The notes below the pieces were generated by a model that did no database searches, was not told where the DNA came from, and saw nothing but the letters and a program-made list of their open reading frames with translations. Of a DNA stretch of 64,000 bases, positions 8,669 through 18,299 are shown piece by piece (the first letter of the stretch is position 1; each line of letters begins with the position of its first letter). A program made the position numbers and the translations under genes. This stretch comes from Bacteroidales bacterium (GTDB lineage Bacteria > Bacteroidota > Bacteroidia > Bacteroidales > UBA932), in the NCBI GenBank assembly GCA_016282145.1, contig JAEEJZ010000079.1, positions 7,327-71,326 of the forward strand. Reading direction: 5' to 3'.

Positions 8669-9949
8669 ATGGATAGACGAGATTTCATCAAAACCTCGCT
8701 GCTGGGCGGGGCAGCACTGTGCCTGACCGACTGGGAAAAAGCCTTTGCCATGGGACGCGACGACATCCAGGTCGGCAAAGCCTGGCAGGGCTGGAAAGAA
8801 GGCCAGTTCCAGATTCATTTCATCTATACTGGCGTCGCCGAATCGATGTTCCTCATCTTCCCGGACGGGACCACGATGCTGCTGGACTGCGGCGACTTCG
8901 ACGCGCTCGCCCGGGGCGAAAAGGCCGTTCCCCTGCTGCCCAGTGCGCAACGGCACGCCGGCGAATGGATCGCACGCTACGTCACGCGGGTCAATCCGGC
9001 CGTCACGGACGTGGATTACATGCTGCTCACCCACTACCATAACGACCACGCCGGCAGCGACCGCTTCTACGCGGAAAAAATCATCCGGGACGGGGAAGAA
9101 TACGCGCTCAGCGGCTTCTCGCAGGCGGCGGAGACGCTGAATTTCCGCAAAGCCATCGACCGCTGCTATCCGGATGCCGATGAGGTCCTGCAATATGCCG
9201 ATGCCGAAACCGTCGGCCATATGCAACGCTTCTACCGCTATATGCAGCGGCACCGCGGGCTGGAGATCGAAAAGTTCCGCCTCGGGGCCAGCGACCAGAT
9301 TGTCCAGTTGCACCATCCGTCGAAATACCCCCAGTTCCGCGTACGGAACATTTGCGGGGGCGGCTGCATCGCCGCCGAGGACGGCAGTATCACCGACCTT
9401 TTCGCAGCGCGGAAGGCCGCGGGCAAAGCGGTCAAGAGCGAAAATGCGATGTCCCTGGGCATGGTTTTCAGTTACGGGGACTTCCGCTTCTACACGGCCG
9501 GGGACTTCTCCGCCCGCTTCAAGGACCCTGACGGGACGCCGCGCTTCATCGAGGACGACATCGCCCGCGTCTGCGGCCCCGCCCACGTGGCCAAGGTCAA
9601 CCATCACGGTCACAACTCGATGAGCCGTGCCCTGGTCTCCGCCCTGCGCAGCCGGGTCTGGGTCAGTTGCGTCTGGGACCAGTTGCACAACCTGCCGCCC
9701 TGTATGGAACTGCTTTCCGACCGCAGCCTCTACCCCAGCGACCGTATCATCTGCCCCACCATCATGCCGGCGGAACGCCGTGCCAAGGACGGCGACGCCG
9801 CCTGGATGAAAGACATAGCCCGCCCCTCGTATGAGGGCGGGCATGTCGTCGTAAACGTCGAGAAGGGCGGCGGACGCTACTCAGTTTCCTACCTTTCTGC
9901 GCAGGATGAGTCTATGACCGTCCGCAGCGTCCTTCATTTCAAGGTCTGA
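8669..9949 (+). CDS. Tat-signal metallo-beta-lactamase-fold hydrolase, ComEC/COG2333-like subtype (candidate periplasmic nuclease or phosphodiesterase)
   Basis: 426-aa ORF. The twin-arginine motif is MDRRDFIKTSLLGGAAL. MBL motifs are LLDCGD, LLTHYHNDHAGS and a late AKVNHHGHNS, which resembles the HHGS motif of ComEC-type MBL domains. Confidence 0.75.
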   Translation: MDRRDFIKTSLLGGAALCLTDWEKAFAMGRDDIQVGKAWQGWKEGQFQIHFIYTGVAESMFLIFPDGTTMLLDCGDFDALARGEKAVPLLPSAQRHAGEWIARYVTRVNPAVTDVDYMLLTHYHNDHAGSDRFYAEKIIRDGEEYALSGFSQAAETLNFRKAIDRCYPDADEVLQYADAETVGHMQRFYRYMQRHRGLEIEKFRLGASDQIVQLHHPSKYPQFRVRNICGGGCIAAEDGSITDLFAARKAAGKAVKSENAMSLGMVFSYGDFRFYTAGDFSARFKDPDGTPRFIEDDIARVCGPAHVAKVNHHGHNSMSRALVSALRSRVWVSCVWDQLHNLPPCMELLSDRSLYPSDRIICPTIMPAERRAKDGDAAWMKDIARPSYEGGHVVVNVEKGGGRYSVSYLSAQDESMTVRSVLHFKV

Positions 9950-11956
9950 TTACTTGATGACATAGTTGAACGATTGTGCGCTTTCATCGTAATTGACACC
10001 ATAGAGGAGCGACATCGCATTACCTGAAGTAATCACCGTACCGTTCACGGAACCGGACACCTCCACAGGAGCGACGCTGGAGCCGATGCTGGCCTTGATC
10101 TGATTCTTTGCGAAACCGCCCACAAGCATACCGGCCTCGGATCCCCCAAGACAAGTAATCTTGCCGGAGAAGCTTCCGCCCTCGACGCTGGCTTCCTGCG
10201 ATTCCTTGGAGGAATTGCCGACCCATCCGAAGAAACCACCGACATCCAATATGGCCGTTCCTTCGATATCGGCCGTGGAGGAACAGTTCTTAATGGTCTG
10301 GGCAAATCCCCAGTGATGACCGGCGATACCGCCGATTTCCGCGAAATCCTGTGCGCCTTCTATGGTAATCTTGCCGGTATTGGTACAATTCTCCATATAA
10401 GGAGTGACACCGACCAATCCGCCCACACGGACCTTGCCATTACCTTTCAAGATGATATCCCCGCTGTTGCGGCAATTGGACATGACGCCCCAGAGGCTCG
10501 CATTTTTACTGTCGTTTTCGCCATCGGGCCAGCCAACGATGCCACCCAGGTGTGCCCAGTCTTTAGCGGTGTTGACTTCCACGGTAATTTTACCGCTGTT
10601 CGTGCAATCGCTCACGCTGCATCCCCTGTTTTTACTGGGGGAATCATCGGACGGATTATTGAACGCGCCGAAAACGCCTCCCATACAGTGCTGATGGTTC
10701 TGACCGGTAAACGGTTCTCCGGTACTGGAAACCACCTTGATCACCAGTTCTCCGGAATTGGAGCAGTCTGACACTGCGCCATAATAGGTTCCTGCGACAC
10801 CGCCGGTAAAGATTCGTGCGGGAGATGTCGACATCCCTTCCACCTTGCTTTCCGTCCAGGATATCTTGCCCTCGTTCTTGCACTTGTCCAGAGGGCCGAT
10901 AGCCCAAGAAACCACACCGCCCAGTGCGGTGGACACTTTCTTGCTGTAGAACTCACCCTTTTCGATGTTTTCAGGGTCCAGAGGATCCCTGACCGGGCAG
11001 GCTCGCCTGGCGTGATAGCCACCGGAGAGGCTCAGGTCGCCATAATTCTCGCAGTTGGAAAGCGGGGTCAACGAATAGGATACGACGCCGGCCACACCCT
11101 GCGTGGTGAAGGCTCCATTGTCCTTAACTACCAGGGATATCTTACCATAGTTCTTGCAGCCTGAAATGACGACACCGGACTCTTCCTTGGGCGAAGAGAC
11201 ACCGATGAGCCCGGCCACCAGATTGCTGAACTTGTCGGTATGACTGATGGTACGGGTAACATCGGCCTTGTTGATGCAGTCCTTGACGACACCGTTGTTG
11301 CGGGCCACCAGGGCGCCGAAAATCAGGGTATCGGGCTCAAAGGAACAGGAAGCATCGATGACGATGTCCTTCAGCGTTCCGCTGTTGACCAGGAACAGCG
11401 GCTTGGTGGACACCAGATTCTTGATGGAATGGCCCTGCCCGTCCAGCACGCCGGAGAAGTTCTCCGCCGGGACCAGGGTAATCCCCGCCATATCGATGTC
11501 AGCTGCCAGGCGGGCCTCATCCAGGGACACTTCGGTCAACTTGGACAGCCACTCCGCAAGGGCGGCGCCGGTCTTTATGGTCACCTTGTTGTCTCCCTTC
11601 TGCTGTACCGTAAGGGTATTGGTAGTAGAAGTCAGTTCGGGGGCGAACACCACAGAGCCGACCCTGCCGTCCACATTTTCGTTGTCCGTCACGCTGATGG
11701 TCACGGTGACCGTACCGCTGCCCGAATCCGGAGATACGGTAATCCAGTCCGGGGCTTCGGAAGTCCAGGAACCGTCAGCATAGACCTTCATCGTCTGGCT
11801 TTCCGCGCCGACAGCCTCAAACTGCAAGGTTGCAGGGGCAACCCGCACAACCGTAGCCGGAGTATCGGTGCCGCCACCGCCGCCACCACCGCCGGGATTC
11901 TTTTCGCAGGCACCCAGCACTGCGAGAGACATGATCAGGAAAAAGAACTTTTTCAT
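9950..11956 (-). CDS. Surface lipoprotein: poly-Gly linker, BACON-like Ig domain, then a GLUG-type repeat beta-helix
   Basis: 668-aa ORF with lipobox LAVLGAC followed by EKNPGGGGGGGG. The BACON-like segment is TLQFEA..SWTSEAPDWITVSPDSGSGTVTVTISV. It is followed by FSGVLDGQGHSIKNL and about 9 repeats of C-x-N-x-G ... GG[IV]xG. Confidence 0.7.
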   Translation of the reverse strand: MKKFFFLIMSLAVLGACEKNPGGGGGGGGTDTPATVVRVAPATLQFEAVGAESQTMKVYADGSWTSEAPDWITVSPDSGSGTVTVTISVTDNENVDGRVGSVVFAPELTSTTNTLTVQQKGDNKVTIKTGAALAEWLSKLTEVSLDEARLAADIDMAGITLVPAENFSGVLDGQGHSIKNLVSTKPLFLVNSGTLKDIVIDASCSFEPDTLIFGALVARNNGVVKDCINKADVTRTISHTDKFSNLVAGLIGVSSPKEESGVVISGCKNYGKISLVVKDNGAFTTQGVAGVVSYSLTPLSNCENYGDLSLSGGYHARRACPVRDPLDPENIEKGEFYSKKVSTALGGVVSWAIGPLDKCKNEGKISWTESKVEGMSTSPARIFTGGVAGTYYGAVSDCSNSGELVIKVVSSTGEPFTGQNHQHCMGGVFGAFNNPSDDSPSKNRGCSVSDCTNSGKITVEVNTAKDWAHLGGIVGWPDGENDSKNASLWGVMSNCRNSGDIILKGNGKVRVGGLVGVTPYMENCTNTGKITIEGAQDFAEIGGIAGHHWGFAQTIKNCSSTADIEGTAILDVGGFFGWVGNSSKESQEASVEGGSFSGKITCLGGSEAGMLVGGFAKNQIKASIGSSVAPVEVSGSVNGTVITSGNAMSLLYGVNYDESAQSFNYVIK

Positions 11957-11978
11957 AAAGGAAGGATTAAAGGGTTGT

Positions 11979-12965
11979 TTATTTTTTATCCGTATAAGCG
12001 AAATCCGTCAGTACCGGATAATGGTCGGAAATATAGAAAATTCCATAATTCCTTTTATCAACGGTATAAGTCAGCGCCTTGAGCGGGCCGCTGAAGAAGA
12101 TATGGTCGATCAGACCGCCGCTCTTCCCATAACCGTTATCCGTATTCATGTCCCGGGAACTGGATTTTTCCGCATCCAGCCGGGCATAGCCCAGCGGGAA
12201 TTTGATCAGCATCTGCAACGCGTCGGTATCCGAATTCGTATTGAAGTCCCCGATCAGGAAGACGGGATCCTTGCATCCCGGGCCCAGGACTCCACCGATC
12301 ATTCCGGGAATCCGGCTCAGGTGCAGGTTGCTTTCCATAATCCGCAGGTCCCCGGCATTGGGGCAGTTCTTGTTGTTCTGGAAATGCGTGTTGAACAGCC
12401 ACACCGGCCGGCCGAGCTGTTCCTTGTCGGCCAGCTTGAGCCAGGAGGTAATCCAGGGATGCGTGGTATGCCAGGAGCCATAATCGTTGGACTTGTTCTT
12501 GACCGAGACCTGATCCGGCGTATCGCTGTGCCAGAAGGTCCCCTTGTCTGCCAGGTCGAAACGGGACTTCTTGTAGAGTATCGTCTTTGAAGTTTCGTCC
12601 GTGCTCGTTTTCAGGATATCCTTTCCCGTCTCGCGGCCGATGCCGTAAAGGCCGTACTCGTCCTTCACCTTGGAGAGGATATACTCCGCCTGCACCCGTT
12701 CCACCTCCTGCATTCCGATGATATCCGGCTTGCGGGTAAGGATGAACTTGCAGACCGCATCCTTCCGGTTGTCCCAGATATAGTCCCCGTCAGCGGGTTC
12801 GGGATAACGGATATTGAAGGTGCAGATCAAAAGGTCCGCCGTTTCGACCGGCGGGGTCGGCGTCGGATCGTCTCCCTTTTCCCCGCAAGCGCAGAATACG
12901 CCGAGGGAAAGGGCCAGGACCGCCGTCAGAAAGCATTTATTGGATGACATATACTTTTTCATCAA
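11979..12965 (-). CDS. Endonuclease/exonuclease/phosphatase (EEP) family lipoprotein
   Basis: 328-aa ORF with lipoprotein signal ...LGVFCACGEKGDD. EEP motifs are TFNIRY, GMQEV, NTHF, IGDFNT, IDHIF and SDHYPV. Confidence 0.85.
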   Translation of the reverse strand: MMKKYMSSNKCFLTAVLALSLGVFCACGEKGDDPTPTPPVETADLLICTFNIRYPEPADGDYIWDNRKDAVCKFILTRKPDIIGMQEVERVQAEYILSKVKDEYGLYGIGRETGKDILKTSTDETSKTILYKKSRFDLADKGTFWHSDTPDQVSVKNKSNDYGSWHTTHPWITSWLKLADKEQLGRPVWLFNTHFQNNKNCPNAGDLRIMESNLHLSRIPGMIGGVLGPGCKDPVFLIGDFNTNSDTDALQMLIKFPLGYARLDAEKSSSRDMNTDNGYGKSGGLIDHIFFSGPLKALTYTVDKRNYGIFYISDHYPVLTDFAYTDKK

Positions 12966-12975
12966 CTGAGATTGA

Positions 12976-14796
12976 TTAGTAGGAGAGTCCGTCGGGCCAG
13001 TTGGGATTCTGAAGCAGAGCGTGATTCATCACCCGCTCATTGGTCGGGATGGGATAGAGATAATCCCTTTCTGGATCCAGGGAAATCGTATAGGTAGGAT
13101 TAGGATTCACATAACCCTTCGTGCCCTCCGTAAGGGTGATGTCAGTGCCGATCTTATAGACGAAAGTCGCGTCCGAAGAAGGCTTGGAACCGGTATAGAG
13201 GCAGATGTCCGCCTTGCCGTCCTTGTCCCAGTCATATTCGCCCGGGCCGGGGAAATACATACCGTACAGGCCCTGAAGGATACGTCCATAGGAAGCCCAG
13301 CGGAGAAGGTCAGCATAGCGCAGTCCTTCCATGGCCAGTTCCACCACCCGCTCGCGGCGGATTTCCAGAATCACCCCCTTGTTCTCCCCGGTCACATTGG
13401 GATAACCGGTAGCCTCGGAAGTCAGATAAGGATCCGGCGTACGGTTGGCAGCATTCATATCCAGATCAGGCATACCGGCGCGCCTGCGCAGCAGGTTCAC
13501 GCTTTTGTCCAGGTCGGCCTGCTTGAGCGTTCCCAGTTCCGCCTTTGCCTCGGCGAAGATCAGGTACACCTCCGCGATACGGATGACCGGCATATCGTTG
13601 TAGGAATTGCTGCGGATGTTGTTCATCACCATATTGTCGGAAGGCATGACGAACTTATTGATGGAATAACCCGTCAGGGAAACGTCCATATCGCAGAAAG
13701 AAGCCCGGTTGGTCGTCAGTTTGGTATAACTGTAGCCGGGAATCCGGATGGTCTGGTGAAGCCGGGGATCCCTCCCCTTCACCTGCTCCTCAAAGGTCTT
13801 CGTGCTCCAGCCCTCCACGGAAGAATAGCGTTTCCCGTCGGCCATCAGGTAATGGTCGATGAAGCCGCGCGTAGGGCTGTTGCGGCCACAGACCGACAGC
13901 AGGGCCACACCGCTGGCATCGTGCGTACAGGTGAAACCGTAATCATAATCGATGGCCAGGATGTATTCCTTGGGATCCGCATCGTACTGGGCAAAGAGGT
14001 TCTGGTAGTCATAGTCCGGATGCCCCGTAGAATAGAGGGAATGCGGTCCCAGGTCAATCAGTTCTTCGGCAGCCTCGGCGGCCAATTGCAGATAATACTC
14101 CGGAGGATTGGCATCCACGGGCAGGGTCCAGAGCGTGATGTCCCCCGCGTGATACTTGCGGAAAGTGCCTTCAAACAGGCAGAAACGCGCCTTGAGGGCA
14201 AGCGCCGCCCATTTCGTAGCCCGGTAGGTCTTGCCGTTCGCGTACGAGGACGGAAGTCCGGCGATAGCCTCGTCGATATCCTCGATCATCCGCGCCATCA
14301 CATAGTCGCGGTTGTCACGGGGATGATACAGGGCCTCCTTTTCGTCAGAGGCAAGTTCGTGGTCAATCCAGGGGACATCCCCGAAGCGCTGCACCTTGTC
14401 AAAATAGAACCAGGCCCGGAAGAACTTGCAGAGGGCATTATACTCCTTGACAGCCGCCTCGTCCTTGCAACGGTAGAGGTTTCCCAGGCAGGTATTGATT
14501 TTGCGCAGGGTTGTCCAGGACCAGCCGCCACCGGAGGCGGGGACGGTACGGAAGGAACTGTTCGTCAGCAGGTTACTGAGCCTCGTCGCGACCATGAGGT
14601 CACTCTGCTCATCGTAAGGGACATCGGGGAGGATGGAAGAATAGAACGAGTTGGTGAACAACTGGAGTTGCGTCGCCGTCTCGAAGTACGCCTCCTCGGT
14701 AATACTATCCAGCGGATATTTGTTCAGGGCATCATCGCAGGCAGCCAGAAACATCCAGGCAGCCAGGAGAGTGACTATGCGGTAAATCTTTTTCAT
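12976..14796 (-). CDS. susD: SusD/RagB-family outer-membrane lipoprotein
   Basis: 606-aa ORF with lipobox FLAAC-DD and a TPR-like SusD N-terminus (NKYPLDSITEEAYFET). It lies immediately downstream of the SusC-like gene. Confidence 0.9.
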   Translation of the reverse strand: MKKIYRIVTLLAAWMFLAACDDALNKYPLDSITEEAYFETATQLQLFTNSFYSSILPDVPYDEQSDLMVATRLSNLLTNSSFRTVPASGGGWSWTTLRKINTCLGNLYRCKDEAAVKEYNALCKFFRAWFYFDKVQRFGDVPWIDHELASDEKEALYHPRDNRDYVMARMIEDIDEAIAGLPSSYANGKTYRATKWAALALKARFCLFEGTFRKYHAGDITLWTLPVDANPPEYYLQLAAEAAEELIDLGPHSLYSTGHPDYDYQNLFAQYDADPKEYILAIDYDYGFTCTHDASGVALLSVCGRNSPTRGFIDHYLMADGKRYSSVEGWSTKTFEEQVKGRDPRLHQTIRIPGYSYTKLTTNRASFCDMDVSLTGYSINKFVMPSDNMVMNNIRSNSYNDMPVIRIAEVYLIFAEAKAELGTLKQADLDKSVNLLRRRAGMPDLDMNAANRTPDPYLTSEATGYPNVTGENKGVILEIRRERVVELAMEGLRYADLLRWASYGRILQGLYGMYFPGPGEYDWDKDGKADICLYTGSKPSSDATFVYKIGTDITLTEGTKGYVNPNPTYTISLDPERDYLYPIPTNERVMNHALLQNPNWPDGLSY

Positions 14797-14808
14797 ATCT
14801 TCACAAAA

Positions 14809-17800
14809 TTAGAACTGGATATCCACACCGAACATAAAACTTTTCTGCCAGGGATAGAAGGAGCGGCCGTAGCTTTCGGAATCGTCGTGCTCCATCGCTT
14901 CCGGATCCAGATAAGAGCAATGATCGAACAGCGGCGACCAGCAGGCCAGGTTCTCTCCGGTGAAATACACCCTGATCTTTTCGAGTTTGATCTTCCGGGT
15001 GAGGTTCTGGGGAATGGTATAACCTACCGTCACATTCTTGACACGCAGATAACGGCAGTTCTGCAGATAGCGGGTATTGGTCCTGTTCAGGGTACCGCCG
15101 CTGATTTCTGCGATATAACCGCGTGCCCGGGGGAAGTAGGCATCGGTATTGTTATAATCCCACACGTCCTTCAGGAAATCGCGACGCATAAAACTCTGCA
15201 TCGGATTGGAATAGGGCCCCCAGAAGGGGAAGCACCAACGCGGAGGATACCAGTAATGGTCGCCGGTACCCTGGAAGAAGACGCTGGCGTCAAAACCGTA
15301 CCAGTCCACGGAGAAAGTAGCACCGTATGACAGGCTGGGCAGGGAGTTACCGAGTATCCTGCGGTCACCCGGATCATCCACGGTATTCGCGCCGATGCCG
15401 ATGGTACCGTCACCGTCCAGGTCCTCGTATTTGAGGTCACCTGCGCTCCAGCCATAGCCCATACCGGCGGTAACGTAACTGAGGTCCACTGCCTCCGCGT
15501 AGTCCATCGCCTCGATGTCATTCGCAAACAGCTTATCTGCCTTGAAGCCCCAGATTTCACCCAGGCGCTTGCCGACATAATAGTCGCTCAGCAACTTGTT
15601 GGGATTGTTATCGTACTTCGTGATGTAGGAGTCGTAGTTACTGAGGTTGAAAGAGACGCCGTAGCCGAACGGGCTGCCGGCCAGACGGAACTGGTCTTTC
15701 CAGCTGACGGACAGTTCATAGCCGCGGGTGCGCAGGTTGGCTGAATTCTGCTTCGGGGAGGACGCGCCGTACACTGCAGGCAGCGCTTCTCCCGACACCA
15801 GCATTCCCAGGGTGTTACGGATGTAGGCCTCTCCGGTAAACTGGAGGCGGTCCTTGAAAAATCCTGCGTCAAGGCCCAGGTTATACTGCTGCACGGTCTC
15901 CCAACTAAGGTCTCCGGCATTCGGGGCGGAGATGGAGGCAGAACGGGCCAGAGCTCCTTCCCCGAACATATAATCGGCATTATCCACCGAAATCTTACGG
16001 AGATAGGCGTAGTTGCTGACGACCTGGTTGCCCAGCGAACTGAACGAGAACCTGACTTTCAGGTTGTTCATCACATCCTTCGCCGGAGCGAAGAAGGGTT
16101 CCTCGCTGATGCGCCAGCCTGCGGAAGCCGAAGGGAAGAATCCCCAGCGATGTCCTCTGGCAAAGCGGGAAGAACCGTCATAACGGCCGGAGACTTCCAG
16201 CAGGTAGCGGCCTTTATAGTCGTAATTAAACCTCCCGAAGAAGCCCAGCAGGGCATACTCGCTCTGCCAGCCGTCAATGTATTGTTTGGACGAACCGTCC
16301 GCCGCGGTTCCCGCCAGCGAAAGGTCGCTGAGTTTATCGGAAATCAGGTTATAGGCAATGGCCTCCAGATACTGGCTGTATTGCGTTTCCCAGTTGCCGC
16401 CGAGCACGGCGGTGACGTGGTGTCCGTCAAAGTTATCCTCATAGGTGGCAAAGACATTGGCTGACATATAGGAGTAATTCCAGGTCTTTTCATCCAACTG
16501 GTTGGTCCCCACACCGTCCGACTTGGTGATGGGCTCTTCGTCAGGATACATCTTATACTGGAAACTCGTCATACGGGCGGTAGTATGGTCACGCCTTTTG
16601 CGGAAGGTAAAGTTACCGGTCAGCCTCAGCTGTTTGATCGGGGTAATGTTGATTTCCGTCGTATTGGCAAACTCATTCTTCCGTTCGATGTGCCGGTCCT
16701 TGTTCTCGCTGAACTTGATGTGCGCCGCATTCGCGACCGCATAACTGCTCGTAAAGTACTGCGAATAATAGACCCAGGAGCCATCCGGATTCTGGAACGG
16801 AAAAATCGGGAGGGCGTGGGCAGCGAGATGGGTAAAGGTACGGTCCACATTCGACATCGTAGTCGCAGGATAGTTATACTTCTGGTCGTAGTAGGAGGTA
16901 TTGTTGGAGATGCTCATCCACTTGGTGACATTCGCCTCGAACCGGGCCCTGAGCTGATACTTGTCCAGATAATCGGGATTGATATTGATGATACCCTGCC
17001 TATGGTCCCACAGGCCGGAAATGAAGTATTTGAAATTCTTCCCGCCGCCGGTCACCGACAGGCTCTGCTGGTGCAAGGGGTTACGGTCCGTGAAGAGTTT
17101 GTGGTACCAGTCGTTGTTCCCATAGTACTTCCACTGTTTGACCCCGCCTACGGTCTCCTCCACCACCCAGGGACGGGCCGGATTCTCCGTTACGTCATTG
17201 ACGCGGGCCAGCAGTTCGTTCATATCGTTGTCATTGTACTTGAGATACTTGTCCCCCGGATAACGCGCATCCCAGAACTTGTTGATGGTATAGACGCTCC
17301 AATAGCCCCGGGTTTCAAAGTCGGTACTGGTGGTCGGTTCCTGCCAGCCCCAGCGGCCGCTGTAGCGGATGGTGGCCTTCCCTTCCGCCGCAGAACCGGA
17401 CTTGGTGGTCACGAGGATGACACCGAAGGCGGCACGGGCGCCATAGACGGCTGCAGCCGCACCGTCCTTGATGACGGAGATGCTTTCCACATCATTGGGG
17501 TTCACCCTGCTGAGGTCGCCCTCGGCTCCGTCGATCAAGACCATCGGGCTGGCGCCGTTGATGGAGGTATAGCCTCGGATGTTGATATCCGGAGCTTCGT
17601 TCATAACGGCCGACGAAGCGACGATGTTCAGGCCCGGGACGGCGCCCTGAAGCATACTGGTGACATTGGCGGCGGTACGGTTCTGCAGGTCATCGCCCTT
17701 CACCGCCGTGATGGCGCCGGTCAGGTTCACCTTCTTCTGGGTACCATAACCCACGACCACCGTCTCTTCGAGCATCAGGTTGTCGTTCTCAAGCACCAGG

Positions 17801-18084
17801 TCCACGGTCGCCCTGCCGGCAGGGACCTTCACAGAAGCGGAAGTATAACCCAGGCAGGAGACCTCCAATGTAACCTCATCGGTACTAACGCCGCCGAGGG
17901 TCCATTTACCGTCGATGTTGGTGACTGTCCCTCCTTTTGCGCCCTTAATCACGATACCGGCGCCGGGGATGCCCTCCCCTGTGGTATCGGTGACTCTTCC
18001 GGACAGCGTTCGCTGAGCCAGCGCCACCAGGCTGGCTGCTCCGAACAGGAACAGCGTTAAACCGATTTTTTGGAATGTATTCAT
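14809..18084 (-). CDS. susC: SusC/RagA-family TonB-dependent transporter
   Basis: 1091-aa ORF with a signal peptide, a carboxypeptidase-regulatory-like domain (GRVTDTTGEGIPGAGIVIKG), a plug region (VVVGYGTQKKVNLTGAI) and a C-terminal ...FGVDIQF. There is no N-terminal STN or anti-sigma domain. Confidence 0.93.
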   Translation of the reverse strand: MNTFQKIGLTLFLFGAASLVALAQRTLSGRVTDTTGEGIPGAGIVIKGAKGGTVTNIDGKWTLGGVSTDEVTLEVSCLGYTSASVKVPAGRATVDLVLENDNLMLEETVVVGYGTQKKVNLTGAITAVKGDDLQNRTAANVTSMLQGAVPGLNIVASSAVMNEAPDINIRGYTSINGASPMVLIDGAEGDLSRVNPNDVESISVIKDGAAAAVYGARAAFGVILVTTKSGSAAEGKATIRYSGRWGWQEPTTSTDFETRGYWSVYTINKFWDARYPGDKYLKYNDNDMNELLARVNDVTENPARPWVVEETVGGVKQWKYYGNNDWYHKLFTDRNPLHQQSLSVTGGGKNFKYFISGLWDHRQGIININPDYLDKYQLRARFEANVTKWMSISNNTSYYDQKYNYPATTMSNVDRTFTHLAAHALPIFPFQNPDGSWVYYSQYFTSSYAVANAAHIKFSENKDRHIERKNEFANTTEINITPIKQLRLTGNFTFRKRRDHTTARMTSFQYKMYPDEEPITKSDGVGTNQLDEKTWNYSYMSANVFATYEDNFDGHHVTAVLGGNWETQYSQYLEAIAYNLISDKLSDLSLAGTAADGSSKQYIDGWQSEYALLGFFGRFNYDYKGRYLLEVSGRYDGSSRFARGHRWGFFPSASAGWRISEEPFFAPAKDVMNNLKVRFSFSSLGNQVVSNYAYLRKISVDNADYMFGEGALARSASISAPNAGDLSWETVQQYNLGLDAGFFKDRLQFTGEAYIRNTLGMLVSGEALPAVYGASSPKQNSANLRTRGYELSVSWKDQFRLAGSPFGYGVSFNLSNYDSYITKYDNNPNKLLSDYYVGKRLGEIWGFKADKLFANDIEAMDYAEAVDLSYVTAGMGYGWSAGDLKYEDLDGDGTIGIGANTVDDPGDRRILGNSLPSLSYGATFSVDWYGFDASVFFQGTGDHYWYPPRWCFPFWGPYSNPMQSFMRRDFLKDVWDYNNTDAYFPRARGYIAEISGGTLNRTNTRYLQNCRYLRVKNVTVGYTIPQNLTRKIKLEKIRVYFTGENLACWSPLFDHCSYLDPEAMEHDDSESYGRSFYPWQKSFMFGVDIQF

Positions 18085-18104
18085 AAATTGGGGGTTAATG
18101 ACGA

Positions 18105-18299
18105 TTAAAAATAAATGATGCCCTGGTCATCTTCCGACATGCCTTCCAGCCCCGGGGTGTCCGGCCCTTCCGTTTCACCCGTCTGCGGGACCATGTCCTG
18201 CGTGACGACCCCGGTGTGGACCATACCCTCCTTTGCCTCGCAGCCGGAAAACAGCAGCGCGAGGCTCAGGATAACGATGAGGGGCAGGGGTTTCATCAT
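18105..18299 (-). CDS. 64-aa acidic, Pro/Gly-rich lipoprotein of unknown function
   Basis: MMKPLPLIVILSLALLFSGC-EAKEG... has a classic lipobox. Its start overlaps the upstream EEP gene stop (ATGA), and it ends 20 nt upstream of susC. Coding status is supported by the signal peptide and the coupling, not by homology. Confidence 0.55.
   Translation of the reverse strand: MMKPLPLIVILSLALLFSGCEAKEGMVHTGVVTQDMVPQTGETEGPDTPGLEGMSEDDQGIIYF

Noticed and set aside
11868-11899. A GC-rich triplet run (ggtgccgccaccgccgccaccaccgccggg) that could be a slipped-strand phase-variation tract.
   Set aside because: It encodes the Gly8 linker after the lipobox of GLUG1 using mixed GGN codons. It is not a perfect mono-, di- or trinucleotide repeat, so slippage is unlikely.
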